From Candidatus Hermodarchaeota archaeon (GTDB lineage: Archaea > Asgardarchaeota > Lokiarchaeia > Sigyniarchaeales > SOKP01): a stretch of DNA of 64,000 bases. Of this stretch, positions 17,727 through 27,670 are shown piece by piece. Location: positions 1 to 64,000 of the forward strand of contig JBHLLG010000006.1 in NCBI GenBank assembly GCA_048885925.1, written 5' to 3'. A program made the translations under genes and the position numbers. Every line of letters begins with the position of its first letter. The stretch's first letter is position 1. Under the pieces are notes generated by a model. The model did not search any database. It was not told where the DNA came from and worked only from the letters and a program-made list of their open reading frames with translations.

Positions 17727-18380
17727 ATGAGTCCAAATCCTGTTCAAAAAACTTCAACCACAAGAGGAGATAATTTGGATAGGCGAAATAAGTTAAAAGA
17801 TCCAACAAGTGTTATAACAGTTAGAATTGATGAAGAATTAAATAAAAATATTGACAAGGTACGTGTAAAATTGGGTATTTCTAAAGCCGATCTTATAAGA
17901 AATTATCTAGAAATTTCAAAATATGTAATAAAGCAAAAAGGATCAATTCAATCGTTGAATGACCGAGATTTTATAATAGTTAAAAAAAGCTATCTGAGAA
18001 AATTAATCGAGAATGAGGATGAAGATGAACAAATAAGATTAGGTGAAAAATTAGCTCGTTTTATTAATGATTGCGCAAGAATATATGGGAAATTACATAA
18101 TATTAAGTATAAATTAGATTTATGTGATAATCTTGGTTTTTTTCGTAAATTCATTGGTGAAAACAATCATATTTTAATAGATAAAAAATTTGGTCCACAA
18201 AAATTTGTTGAAGCTTTCATATGGAGACTTTTCAACCAATCAGATTTTAATACGGATTGGACAACTTCGAAAATTAAGGATCAGAGTAAAATAAGAGCTA
18301 CCTATAAGAAAGAAGTTCAACCAGTAGAGATATCATCATCCCATTTTTCCTTTGAATTTGCTAAATTGAGTGAAGAATAG
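17727..18380 (+). CDS. Ribbon-helix-helix (CopG-like) domain protein with a C-terminal extension
   Basis: VITVRIDEELNKNIDKVRVKLGISKADLIRNYL. GAGGA SD upstream. Confidence 0.75.
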   Translation: MSPNPVQKTSTTRGDNLDRRNKLKDPTSVITVRIDEELNKNIDKVRVKLGISKADLIRNYLEISKYVIKQKGSIQSLNDRDFIIVKKSYLRKLIENEDEDEQIRLGEKLARFINDCARIYGKLHNIKYKLDLCDNLGFFRKFIGENNHILIDKKFGPQKFVEAFIWRLFNQSDFNTDWTTSKIKDQSKIRATYKKEVQPVEISSSHFSFEFAKLSEE

Positions 18381-18413
18381 ATTTTGAAAATTAAGATGAA
18401 AATAGAGTTAATT

Positions 18414-20144
18414 TTAACTTTTATCTATAATCTCTTTTAAACCTAGAATGGGAATAATTACCATGTTGGGTCTAAATAGGATTTCATAATTTAATTCATG
18501 GAGCGCTCTTTCTATATAGAAATAAGTTGTTAAGGTATAATCTGGATTTAAATTTTTCATAATTTTTCCCATTAATTTGGATTCCCATAAATTAATGATT
18601 TCAACGATAATATCAAGAACCTTTTTTAAAGGTCGAGCAGCTCTCCTGAAAAAAAGATTATAAAGAATTTCTTCCGGTACTTCATATTTGTGTTCTTGTA
18701 TGATATATTTATCAATAAACTTAAGTAAAGTATTGAATTTGATATAACTCAGAGCTCTTAAAAATGAGGCTAAATCTTTCTCAACTGGAAATTTTTTCTT
18801 CTTTTCTTCATAAGAGAGTTGTGGGTCGCCTTCGAAATCTATGAAATAATAAGAATATTTCCCACCAACAATGTTATATAAAATTTGCTCCATATGTAAA
18901 TCTTGATGCACGGGCTGAATCTCAATTTGAGATTCTTTATATTCAGAACGGAATTGTTCTATAATATCTTTAATATCAAGAAGAATTGAACTGATTTTTG
19001 GCAAATTGTAAAAAGTACTTTCTGGTTGGTCAGTCATATGAATTTTTAGATTTGAAATCATTGAATTTAATTTTTCAGTATAATCTTTCAGATATATTCT
19101 GCTATCAACTGTTTCTAAATTATACTCTTTTTGAGAGGGTAAAATCAATGATTTATGTAAATTATTAATATAAGTTCCTATCTCAGAAGATACTAATAGA
19201 GTTTCTTTGCACTTTTCTTTAATTAATTGAGATGTATTTGATTTATCAAGAAATTTAGAATAGTCCTTATTGATATCCATGAATTCAGTGTTAATCATTT
19301 TATTAAGCTCATTCCAATAGATATCACCCAAGTTACCTATATTAGGAACACTTTCAATTATCCCAATTATATCTCTTTCTTGTAATGTGATAGTTCCATA
19401 GATTTTCGGCGCATTTGGAAACATATTTTTAACTAATACAAATAGTATAGATGGTTCTAAACTTATTGAATAATCTTTATAAGATTTTAGCACATACGAA
19501 ATTCCTTTTTGAGCGGGAGCTCTCTTATTAGATAAGTTTAATGAAAATAATATGTTTGTAGTATTCCCTTTTCCTAATTGATTTATTGAAAGCTCATATC
19601 TATCCGGGTAGAGTGATGCTTCTATTAAATTCTGTACCTTTTGCATATTTATTTCGTCTTCAAACTGTTTGTTATACAACGTCAATTCTAGACTAAATAA
19701 TGGAAACTTTTCTGAAATACCCGCATCAAATAGCATTTTCTTCCAGAATAATATGCAAAATTCTGCCTCTAATAGGTTAAGTGTAATTACTTTTTGTTCA
19801 TCATCAATTGTTATTGCTAATTTTTTACTGAAAGTGTTCTCAGTAAGTCTTACAATATTATTGCGTGTTTTTTCAGTACTTTCAAGAATTTCTTCAATTT
19901 TTTCATAATAAATTAAAGGTATAAAATAAGGCTTAGAATAATGCTGCGTTTTAACTTCGATTATTGTCAGCATAATTCTATCTGCGATGATTTCAAAATA
20001 TTTTATCAAAACGTCAAATTCTAAATTTGATAGAGCTGATTTATCGCCAAACCAGCGACGAGATAAAAGCCATCCCTTAAATTCATTGGAATTATATACT
20101 CCTTGGATTAAATTCTTATCAAAATAATTTAACATAAAGACCAA
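18414..20144 (-). CDS. Maltokinase (Mak/Pep2)-like aminoglycoside-phosphotransferase-fold kinase
   Basis: N-terminal WLLSRRWFGDK, then HQDLHMEQIL, IDFEGDP, KDLASFLRALSY and RALHELNYE...RP...IP. Confidence 0.8.
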   Translation of the reverse strand: MVFMLNYFDKNLIQGVYNSNEFKGWLLSRRWFGDKSALSNLEFDVLIKYFEIIADRIMLTIIEVKTQHYSKPYFIPLIYYEKIEEILESTEKTRNNIVRLTENTFSKKLAITIDDEQKVITLNLLEAEFCILFWKKMLFDAGISEKFPLFSLELTLYNKQFEDEINMQKVQNLIEASLYPDRYELSINQLGKGNTTNILFSLNLSNKRAPAQKGISYVLKSYKDYSISLEPSILFVLVKNMFPNAPKIYGTITLQERDIIGIIESVPNIGNLGDIYWNELNKMINTEFMDINKDYSKFLDKSNTSQLIKEKCKETLLVSSEIGTYINNLHKSLILPSQKEYNLETVDSRIYLKDYTEKLNSMISNLKIHMTDQPESTFYNLPKISSILLDIKDIIEQFRSEYKESQIEIQPVHQDLHMEQILYNIVGGKYSYYFIDFEGDPQLSYEEKKKKFPVEKDLASFLRALSYIKFNTLLKFIDKYIIQEHKYEVPEEILYNLFFRRAARPLKKVLDIIVEIINLWESKLMGKIMKNLNPDYTLTTYFYIERALHELNYEILFRPNMVIIPILGLKEIIDKS

Positions 20145-20235
20145 AACTTTTCTATTTTTAGTAATAGAATTAGTTATCTTTTATAATTAAAAATTTTTAC
20201 ATATATTTAAAACTATAAATTGTAAATTCTTAAAA

Positions 20236-22410
20236 ATGCCTGAAAAGAACATTAATTTACCTATAGTCTTCCACTTTCACCAACCTGTAGATAATTTTGA
20301 ATGGGTGTTTGAAGATGTGTATAAAAAGTCATACAAACCTCTTATTGATAACATATTTGATTTTGATGATATCAAATTTACACTTCATTTTTCTGGAAAC
20401 CTATTAGAGTGGTTTCTTAAGAATAAGCCTGATTTCCTAGAGAAATTAAAAATCATGGCTAAAAGGAATCAGATAGAAATCATAGGAGGGGGATATTATG
20501 AACCGATCTTTTCTATAATTCCTTATCGTGACAAAATCGCCCAAATAAAGAAATTAACTGATCTTATTAAGAGAGAGTTTGGATTGGAAGTAAAAGGTGC
20601 TTGGTTATCAGAAAGAGTATGGGAACCAAATTATCCCTCATTTTTAAGTGATGCTGGATTAAAATACGTTATTGTTGATGATAATCATTTTCGCGCTACT
20701 GGGGTAACTGAAGAAGATACTTTCTATTCATATATTACTGAGGATGAAGGAAAAACATTGAGAGTATTTCCTATCAATGAAGAACTGAGGTATTTAACAC
20801 CATGGAAACCAACTTATTTATCTATTGACTATTTGAGAAAAAATGCGGATGATATTGGGGATAAAGTTGCCTTGCTAATATCTGACGCAGAAAAAATGGG
20901 AGTATGGGGGACTACTCATCAAATCTGTTACGTAGAGGGTCAAGGCCATCATGATGGAGATAATGGGAAGCCATTTATTCCTGCTTTTTTTGAACAAATT
21001 AGGAATAATACTTGGATAAAATCTCTAACTCTCTCTGAATATATGGACAAATTTTCAGCAAAGAATTTAGTATATTTACCAACCGCAAGTTATGATAAAA
21101 TGGAAGAATGGGTTTTACCAACCTATATTCGCCAAAAATTTAAACGAATTCGAAAATCACTTAAAGATGATGAGACTAAGAAAGAAATGTACCAATTTTT
21201 AAAAGGCGGATTTTGGAGATATTTTCTAGTAAAATATCCAGAATCCAATAATATGCATAAAAAAATGATTCATGTAAGAAATAAATTGATTTTTGCTGAA
21301 GAAAATCTACTAAAAAATGATAATGAACAACTTATTTCTGTTATATTAAAAAAAATTAGTGAAGCTTGGGATGAAATATATAAAGCACAATGCAATGACT
21401 GTTATTGGCATGGATTATTTGGAGGCATTTATTTACAATTTTTAAGATTTTCAGTTTATTCACATCTTATTAACGCTGAGAAGATAATAGATGAAATAAA
21501 TGCATTGGTTAACCCAAAATTGAAATCTTATATCTATATTACGCCAATTGATTTTATTAAAGATAGTAAAACGGAATACTTAATTGAATCGAATATATTT
21601 AATGTTTATATTAATCCCAATGATGGTGGGACTATTTTTGAATTAGACTATAAACCGAAATCTTACAATCTTTTAAATACCCTAACACGATGGCCAGAGG
21701 CTTATCATAAAAGCAAAAAACTTGAGACAAAGGAAGTTATGGTTGATCGTTTTAGAAGGAGTTTATTACGCCTAAGATTTTTACATAATGAAGTTTCATT
21801 TGAAGAACTCCAGGCAGATCAATATTATGAGTTTGGAGATTTCGTTAATGAAAGCTTCCGAGTTACTAGTAGTGAAAAAGAAGAAACAATAGCAATTATA
21901 GAAATGGAAAAAATTGGTAGTATAAAAGATACAGATTCAAATGAAAGGAATCCTGTAAGAATTACTAAGGATATTTACATAGAAAATAACGAATTAAAGG
22001 TTATAGTAAGGATCATTTTTGACGAAATTCCAGGAAAAGAAAAAATTTTAAGCCATATTATAAATAATTTAAATTTCGCAATTGATATCCCCATTTTCTT
22101 TAATGGGAATACTGAAGAATGTTATTGGGAAAGTGAACAAGCAAATATTAAAGACAAAAATGAGAGAAAACTATTGAGTAAAATTCAATATAGTGGTTCT
22201 CATTTTAAAGCTTATGATAGCAATTACGATTTGAATTTTGAGCTTAATATATCAAGTAAAACTGATTCAATAAAAATCAATAAATTCCCAATTATAGCAT
22301 ATGCATATACAGAAGATGGTTATAAAGAGATTTATCAAGGCTTAAATGTTACTCCTCTCATTAAACTCCAGAAAAACTTAGAAATTCAACTAACCCTACA
22401 AATATTTTAG
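20236..22410 (+). CDS. GH57 4-alpha-glucanotransferase/alpha-amylase
   Basis: HFHQP, GGGYYEPI, GAWLSERVWEP (nucleophile), SDAEKMG (acid/base), AQCNDCYWHGLFGGIY. Confidence 0.92.
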   Translation: MPEKNINLPIVFHFHQPVDNFEWVFEDVYKKSYKPLIDNIFDFDDIKFTLHFSGNLLEWFLKNKPDFLEKLKIMAKRNQIEIIGGGYYEPIFSIIPYRDKIAQIKKLTDLIKREFGLEVKGAWLSERVWEPNYPSFLSDAGLKYVIVDDNHFRATGVTEEDTFYSYITEDEGKTLRVFPINEELRYLTPWKPTYLSIDYLRKNADDIGDKVALLISDAEKMGVWGTTHQICYVEGQGHHDGDNGKPFIPAFFEQIRNNTWIKSLTLSEYMDKFSAKNLVYLPTASYDKMEEWVLPTYIRQKFKRIRKSLKDDETKKEMYQFLKGGFWRYFLVKYPESNNMHKKMIHVRNKLIFAEENLLKNDNEQLISVILKKISEAWDEIYKAQCNDCYWHGLFGGIYLQFLRFSVYSHLINAEKIIDEINALVNPKLKSYIYITPIDFIKDSKTEYLIESNIFNVYINPNDGGTIFELDYKPKSYNLLNTLTRWPEAYHKSKKLETKEVMVDRFRRSLLRLRFLHNEVSFEELQADQYYEFGDFVNESFRVTSSEKEETIAIIEMEKIGSIKDTDSNERNPVRITKDIYIENNELKVIVRIIFDEIPGKEKILSHIINNLNFAIDIPIFFNGNTEECYWESEQANIKDKNERKLLSKIQYSGSHFKAYDSNYDLNFELNISSKTDSIKINKFPIIAYAYTEDGYKEIYQGLNVTPLIKLQKNLEIQLTLQIF

Positions 22411-22532
22411 TATTTATACTTTTGGATACTTTAAAATTTTGTAGATATTAGGACTAATTATGTCGGTTTTAATAGGTTTTAAATATATTAATGGTTAAAT
22501 AACTATTAAAAAAACACTATTTTTGGTTTTTT

Positions 22533-22676
22533 ATGGGATTATACAATAATGGAAAACGAAATGGAGTAACATATAATAATAAATCATTAAAGCACAGAAT
22601 TGAAAATAATCAACATGTTAAACAAGTAAGAAAAGAATTGCTTAAAAACAAGTTAAAAAAATCGCTCCAAGAATAA
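22533..22676 (+). CDS. Unannotated basic microprotein (47 aa), paralog A
   Basis: Manual translation MGLYNNGKRNGVTYNNKSLKHRIENNQHVKQVRKELLKNKLKKSLQE. Shares a motif with the ORF at 22847. Confidence 0.65.
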   Translation: MGLYNNGKRNGVTYNNKSLKHRIENNQHVKQVRKELLKNKLKKSLQE

Positions 22677-22846
22677 TCCTTTATTATATTACCTAAAATG
22701 GAACTTATTTTATAAAATTTAAATTCAAATTTCTTATAAAAATTAAATATTATACTATAAAAGGATTTCAAGTAATAACAATTGCTTTTTTATAGGGTAT
22801 TTATAATCTATATATTGAATATAATTATATTTTATTCTGTTGAAAT

Positions 22847-22993
22847 ATGAAAAACAAAAACTCTTACGAACAATGCTCAAGCTGGAATTGCTGCGATGAG
22901 CATCTCTTTGAATGTATTGAGAGATCACAGCACGTTAAACACATTAGAAATCAATTAAAGAAAAAAAAATTAAAAGAGCATTTCCAAATTTAA
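22847..22993 (+). CDS. Unannotated basic microprotein (48 aa), paralog B, Cys/His-rich N-half
   Basis: Manual translation MKNKNSYEQCSSWNCCDEHLFECIERSQHVKHIRNQLKKKKLKEHFQI. Shares IExxQHVKx[VI]RxxLxKxKLK with the ORF at 22533. Confidence 0.65.
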   Translation: MKNKNSYEQCSSWNCCDEHLFECIERSQHVKHIRNQLKKKKLKEHFQI

Positions 22994-23014
22994 TTTAATA
23001 ATGGTACTATATTT

Positions 23015-23707
23015 CTAGGATTCAAATCCATATTTCCCAATGAGAGGGACAAAGCGCACACCTGTTATCTTTTTTGAATCAAAATTATCTCCAGATTTTT
23101 TAATAATGTACAAATTTTGCGTAAAGCTTTTCGATCCTGCGGGAATACAAAGAATACCTCCATTTTTTAACTGATCTCGTAAGGGTAAAGGCAACTTTGT
23201 GGGTGAAGCAGCAGTTACTAATATTTTATCATAAGGAGCTTCTTCAGGATATCCTAAAGTACCATCCCCATGTATTACTGTAACACTGTTTTCATATCCT
23301 GTTACTTTAAGGCTCTCTCGTGCACTATTTGCTAATTCCTCATGGCGTTCAATAGTAAAGACATGACCTGGATTCTCCGAATCTACTGGAGATACTAATT
23401 CTGCGCATAAAGCAGCATGATATCCTGAACCTGTTCCAATTTCTAAAACTTTTTCTCCTTCTTTCAATTCAAGATACTCACACATCATAGCATTCATGTG
23501 AGGGGCGCTGATCGTTTGTCCTAATCCAATAGAAAGAGGTGAATCCATATATGCACCTGATTTAGCATCGTCCGGTAAAAATTTATGTCTAGGAACCTTT
23601 AACATTGCCTTAATTACTTCTGGTTTAGTTAATATCCCACGATCTTTTAGATTATCAACTAATCGCTTTCTTTTTTCTTCAAAAGTCATTTCTAATAATG
23701 AATTCAT
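23015..23707 (-). CDS. pcm: Protein-L-isoaspartate O-methyltransferase
   Basis: VPRHKF, GQTISAPHM, VLEIGTGSGY, APYDKILVTAA, VRFVPL. Confidence 0.95.
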   Translation of the reverse strand: MNSLLEMTFEEKRKRLVDNLKDRGILTKPEVIKAMLKVPRHKFLPDDAKSGAYMDSPLSIGLGQTISAPHMNAMMCEYLELKEGEKVLEIGTGSGYHAALCAELVSPVDSENPGHVFTIERHEELANSARESLKVTGYENSVTVIHGDGTLGYPEEAPYDKILVTAASPTKLPLPLRDQLKNGGILCIPAGSKSFTQNLYIIKKSGDNFDSKKITGVRFVPLIGKYGFES

Positions 23708-24978
23708 AATGATTTATTTCTAGTAAATTTTAATTTACTAAGGATATAAATTTTGTCGTTCTTTTCAACTTCCTTATTAATCCTTAAATTAATTTTAACT
23801 GGATCGCTATATCTCTTTCTAGAAATACTTTTTATCTTCTCTCCTTTATAGATCATTTTTTTTATAGTTTCGATCAAATATGTATTGGGGCCAATAATAA
23901 TTATTTCATCATGTAAATTAAGTGGAAATTCTAAGCTTTCAAGTAAAACATTTGCGGATTTGCTAGGTTTATCATAACTTAAAACTTTCCCTAAATAAGA
24001 TTTTTTATATTGGGATACATTTCCTCTCTTTTTTAATTCGACATCCTCAATATTGGGGCGATGAAAGTAAAATCCAGTATGAAAACCACGATTATAAACC
24101 TTTGATAATCTTCTTAACCAATTTTTTACTTTTTCTCTTGTATATGTACCATCAAAATAACTATCAAGTGCTTCCTTATAACATTCAGCAACAGTTCTAA
24201 TATATAGTGGATCTTTCATTCGTCCCTCTATTTTAAACGCATCTATTTTTACATCTATTAATTCGGGAATATATTCTATCATACACAAATCTTTTGCATT
24301 CAAAAACATTTGACCATTATAAATGAATTCATTATTCACATCGTCAATAACTCTCCACTCTCTTCTGCATGGTTGGACACAGTTTCCTCGGTTTGCTGAA
24401 AATTCTTCGGAATCACAAATGGTAGCAGAAAGATAACATCTGCCTGAAATTGAAGTGCACATTGACCCATGAACAAAACATTCAATTTTAATTTTTGTTA
24501 AAAGATGTTTAATCAGCTTAATCTGTTGAAGTGATAATTCCCTTGCTAATATAATCCTTTCTGCACCCATATCTTCATAAAATTTTGCAGATTCGATATT
24601 TGAGACATTAGCCTGTGTTGAAACGTGAAAGTCTATATTATATCGTTTTGCAATTCTAATTGCTGCAATATCATGAGCAATAATTGCATCAATCCCAGAT
24701 TCTCTAGCTTCAGATATAAGATTTTCTAAATCATGCAATTCGGAATCGTAAATTAAAATATTTGTGGTTAAGTAAGCTCTTAATGGTGGATTTTGATTAT
24801 GACAATAATCCACTACTTGTTTCAACTCTCCCCGTTCAAAATTCTTTGCTTTTGCTCTCATGTTATAACTTTTAATACCAAAATACACAGCATCAGCCAA
24901 ATGACCTATTGTTTTTAATGTATTCCAATCTTGAATAGGAGCAAGGAGTTCTGGACGCTTGTTTTTTAATTGATTCAT
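23704..24978 (-). CDS. U32 family protein (TrhP/RlhA-like hydroxylase-type peptidase family)
   Basis: ELLAP, ADAVYFG, HVSTQAN, ECFVHGSMCTSISGRC, NRGNCVQPCR, KIEGRMK. Overlaps the pcm start (ATGA). Confidence 0.9.
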   Translation of the reverse strand: MNQLKNKRPELLAPIQDWNTLKTIGHLADAVYFGIKSYNMRAKAKNFERGELKQVVDYCHNQNPPLRAYLTTNILIYDSELHDLENLISEARESGIDAIIAHDIAAIRIAKRYNIDFHVSTQANVSNIESAKFYEDMGAERIILARELSLQQIKLIKHLLTKIKIECFVHGSMCTSISGRCYLSATICDSEEFSANRGNCVQPCRREWRVIDDVNNEFIYNGQMFLNAKDLCMIEYIPELIDVKIDAFKIEGRMKDPLYIRTVAECYKEALDSYFDGTYTREKVKNWLRRLSKVYNRGFHTGFYFHRPNIEDVELKKRGNVSQYKKSYLGKVLSYDKPSKSANVLLESLEFPLNLHDEIIIIGPNTYLIETIKKMIYKGEKIKSISRKRYSDPVKINLRINKEVEKNDKIYILSKLKFTRNKSL

Positions 24979-25097
24979 GTATTTTTTAATTAATATTTAT
25001 TATTATGAAAATCTAATTCTATCTAAGGATTGTATCATTTTTAAAATTATTAAGATGAGAGAATTATATGACAATAGAAACAAAACTCCATTAGTTT

Positions 25098-26888
25098 TTG
25101 ATCATCATGCCCGATTTAATCCAAGAGGAATTAAAACGTATTAAATATTTTAGAAGAGAGGGTAAATATAGAAAAGCACTAGATGTTATTTCTTCCTTGG
25201 ATAATATAGAAGATATTGCTAAGAAGGATTGGTTTGATTATAAGAATATTGAGATTGATGTTCTAATAAGACTAAACCAGTTTGAAGATTCTTTCAAGTT
25301 GATAGAAGAGGTCTTTAATGAAAGTCAAAAACTGGGATTAACACTTTATTCTTTTGATGCCTTACATTATAAGAGTTATATTACATATTGGACGGGTAAT
25401 TTAGAAGAAGCTCATAATTTGATTCTAAAATCTGAAAAATTACTAAATTCATTGACAGATATAGCTCCTGTAGATTTTTCAGAACGTAAGGGTGTTTTAC
25501 TATCTGATAAGGCTTATTTATTTTCACTTAAAGGAGAATTAAAAACCAGCTTAGAGTTTGCGGGCAAGTGTTTGGAAATTTATGAGGATATTGAAAACAA
25601 GGAAAAGATTTCTATGAGTTTGTATCAATTATCATATATATGTAGTCATATGGGAGATTTTAATAATGCATTGAAATACGGGAGAGAGAGCTTAAAATAT
25701 GGGGAATTGATTAAAGAAGAAAGGATTAAGATTTTAATCGAAATTGCAGATATTCACGGTTTTATGGGGGATTTGGAAAAAGGTATCGAACTTCTTGAGG
25801 AAGCTCTAGTACTAGCAAAGGATATGAACATAAGTCCTTGGATAGCGACTATTCTTTTACAATTAGGAATTCATTATCGAACAAAAGGGTTACCTAATAA
25901 AGCTATTGTGTCATTAGAGCAAAGCCTTCAAATTTCCAAAAAAACACAAATCCAAATTTTAATATTTGGGGCTTATATTTGGATGTCGATTATAAAAATT
26001 GAAGAGAATATCTTGGAAGATATTCCTAAGTACTTGGAACATCTCCAACAAATTGCTGAAGAAACCTCCAGTTTTAATTTCGATAAAGGATTTCGAGTTG
26101 CAAAAGCCCTTTATTTAAAGCGGAAGAATTTACCTCATCAAAAGATTGAAGCTAAAAAATTATTGAAACAAATAACAAAAGAGAAAGTAACTAACGCACC
26201 AGTTCATATTATAGCGATTATCAACTTATGTGAACTCCTCTTGGAGGAACTTAGTAAAACCAATGATATTGAAATATTAGAAGAAATAAAACCTCAACTC
26301 TACAGATTGATCAATATTGCTGAAAGCCAGAAATCTTATCCTTGGTTAGTAGAAACATATTTACTTCAGGCAAAATTATCTCTACTGACATTTAACGTGA
26401 AGGAAACACGACGATATTTGACTCAAGCTCAACAAGTAGCCGAAAGACATGGTCTTAATCTATTAGTGATAAAAATTACAGGTGAACAGGAAAATTTGTT
26501 AAAACAATTAAATATGTGGGAGAAATTAGAAGAATCAAATGCACCTTTAACTGACCGATTAGAATTGGCTCAATTAGGTGAACAAATGGAAAGAATGGTT
26601 AGTAATAGGACGATGTTAGCTAGAGTTACTGAAATAGAAGTCACAGTTCATAAAGATCGGAAAGTTTGCCTTGTTTGCAAAGGAGAAATAGTAGGCTTTA
26701 TGTATGTTTGTGAATGTGATACAATCTATTGTGAAAATTGTACTCAGGCATTAACTGAATTAGAAAATATTTGTTGGGTGTGTAATGCTCCAATCGATAA
26801 ATCTAAACCTGCAAAATCTTATAAAGACGATGGAGAAGGAATCAGTTTAAAAATCTCGAGTAGAGATCCAAAAGAACCTAAAAACTGA
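25098..26888 (+). CDS. TPR-repeat protein with a C-terminal Cys-rich RING-like zinc finger
   Basis: Multiple TPR-like helices; CLVC...YVCECDTIYCENC...CWVC. Confidence 0.85.
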   Translation: MIIMPDLIQEELKRIKYFRREGKYRKALDVISSLDNIEDIAKKDWFDYKNIEIDVLIRLNQFEDSFKLIEEVFNESQKLGLTLYSFDALHYKSYITYWTGNLEEAHNLILKSEKLLNSLTDIAPVDFSERKGVLLSDKAYLFSLKGELKTSLEFAGKCLEIYEDIENKEKISMSLYQLSYICSHMGDFNNALKYGRESLKYGELIKEERIKILIEIADIHGFMGDLEKGIELLEEALVLAKDMNISPWIATILLQLGIHYRTKGLPNKAIVSLEQSLQISKKTQIQILIFGAYIWMSIIKIEENILEDIPKYLEHLQQIAEETSSFNFDKGFRVAKALYLKRKNLPHQKIEAKKLLKQITKEKVTNAPVHIIAIINLCELLLEELSKTNDIEILEEIKPQLYRLINIAESQKSYPWLVETYLLQAKLSLLTFNVKETRRYLTQAQQVAERHGLNLLVIKITGEQENLLKQLNMWEKLEESNAPLTDRLELAQLGEQMERMVSNRTMLARVTEIEVTVHKDRKVCLVCKGEIVGFMYVCECDTIYCENCTQALTELENICWVCNAPIDKSKPAKSYKDDGEGISLKISSRDPKEPKN

Positions 26889-27057
26889 GCTTAACTAAAA
26901 TTTGTAGCACAAATTACTATTGCTTTAAAATCGTATTCATTAAATAAAAAAAAGACTTGAAAAGCGCCAAATTTAATATCACCCTTAATCTTAGATAGAT
27001 TAAAAGCATTAAAAGAATTATTGAAAATAAATTAATTATTGAAATTGGTATATAAAA

Positions 27058-27624
27058 ATGAAAGTCGTATTATTTAATGGAAGCCCCCGAAAAGAAGGAA
27101 ACACTTTTCATTGTTTAAATGTTGTAATGGGGGAGTTAAAGGCTGAGGGAATTGAATGTGATTATGTTTGGATTGGAAAAGAAAGATTGCAAGGTTGCAC
27201 TGCTTGTTTACAATGTAGAGATAATGATGACCAAAGATGTACAATAGAAGGAGATAATATGAATTATTACATAGAAAAAATGTTAGAATCTGATGGAATA
27301 ATCATTGGTTCTCCAACTTACTTTTCAGATTTATCAACAAGTACCAAAGCATTGATAGAACGTGCTGGATATGCTACGGGAGGTCATTTAAAACATAAAG
27401 TTGGTGCTGCTGTAGTAGCAGTCAGGAGAGCTGGTGCCAATCATGTATTTTCTAGCATTAATTATTTCTTTCTGATTAAACAAATGTTTGTTGTAGGCTC
27501 TAGTTATTGGAATTTAGGTATTGGAAGAACCCCAGGAGAAGTATTAAATGATGAAGAAGGTATTAAAACATTTGAAAATTTAGGGAAAAATTTCGCTTTT
27601 TTGCTAAAAAAACTAAAATCTTAA
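27058..27624 (+). CDS. Flavodoxin-family iron-sulfur flavoprotein (NADPH-dependent FMN reductase fold)
   Basis: NGSPRKEGNT, GCTACLQC...C, GSPTYF, RRAG. Confidence 0.9.
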   Translation: MKVVLFNGSPRKEGNTFHCLNVVMGELKAEGIECDYVWIGKERLQGCTACLQCRDNDDQRCTIEGDNMNYYIEKMLESDGIIIGSPTYFSDLSTSTKALIERAGYATGGHLKHKVGAAVVAVRRAGANHVFSSINYFFLIKQMFVVGSSYWNLGIGRTPGEVLNDEEGIKTFENLGKNFAFLLKKLKS

Positions 27625-27670
27625 TACTTTTTTCTTTTTATAATAAGTAAAATCCAAGTTCAGAGTTAAA

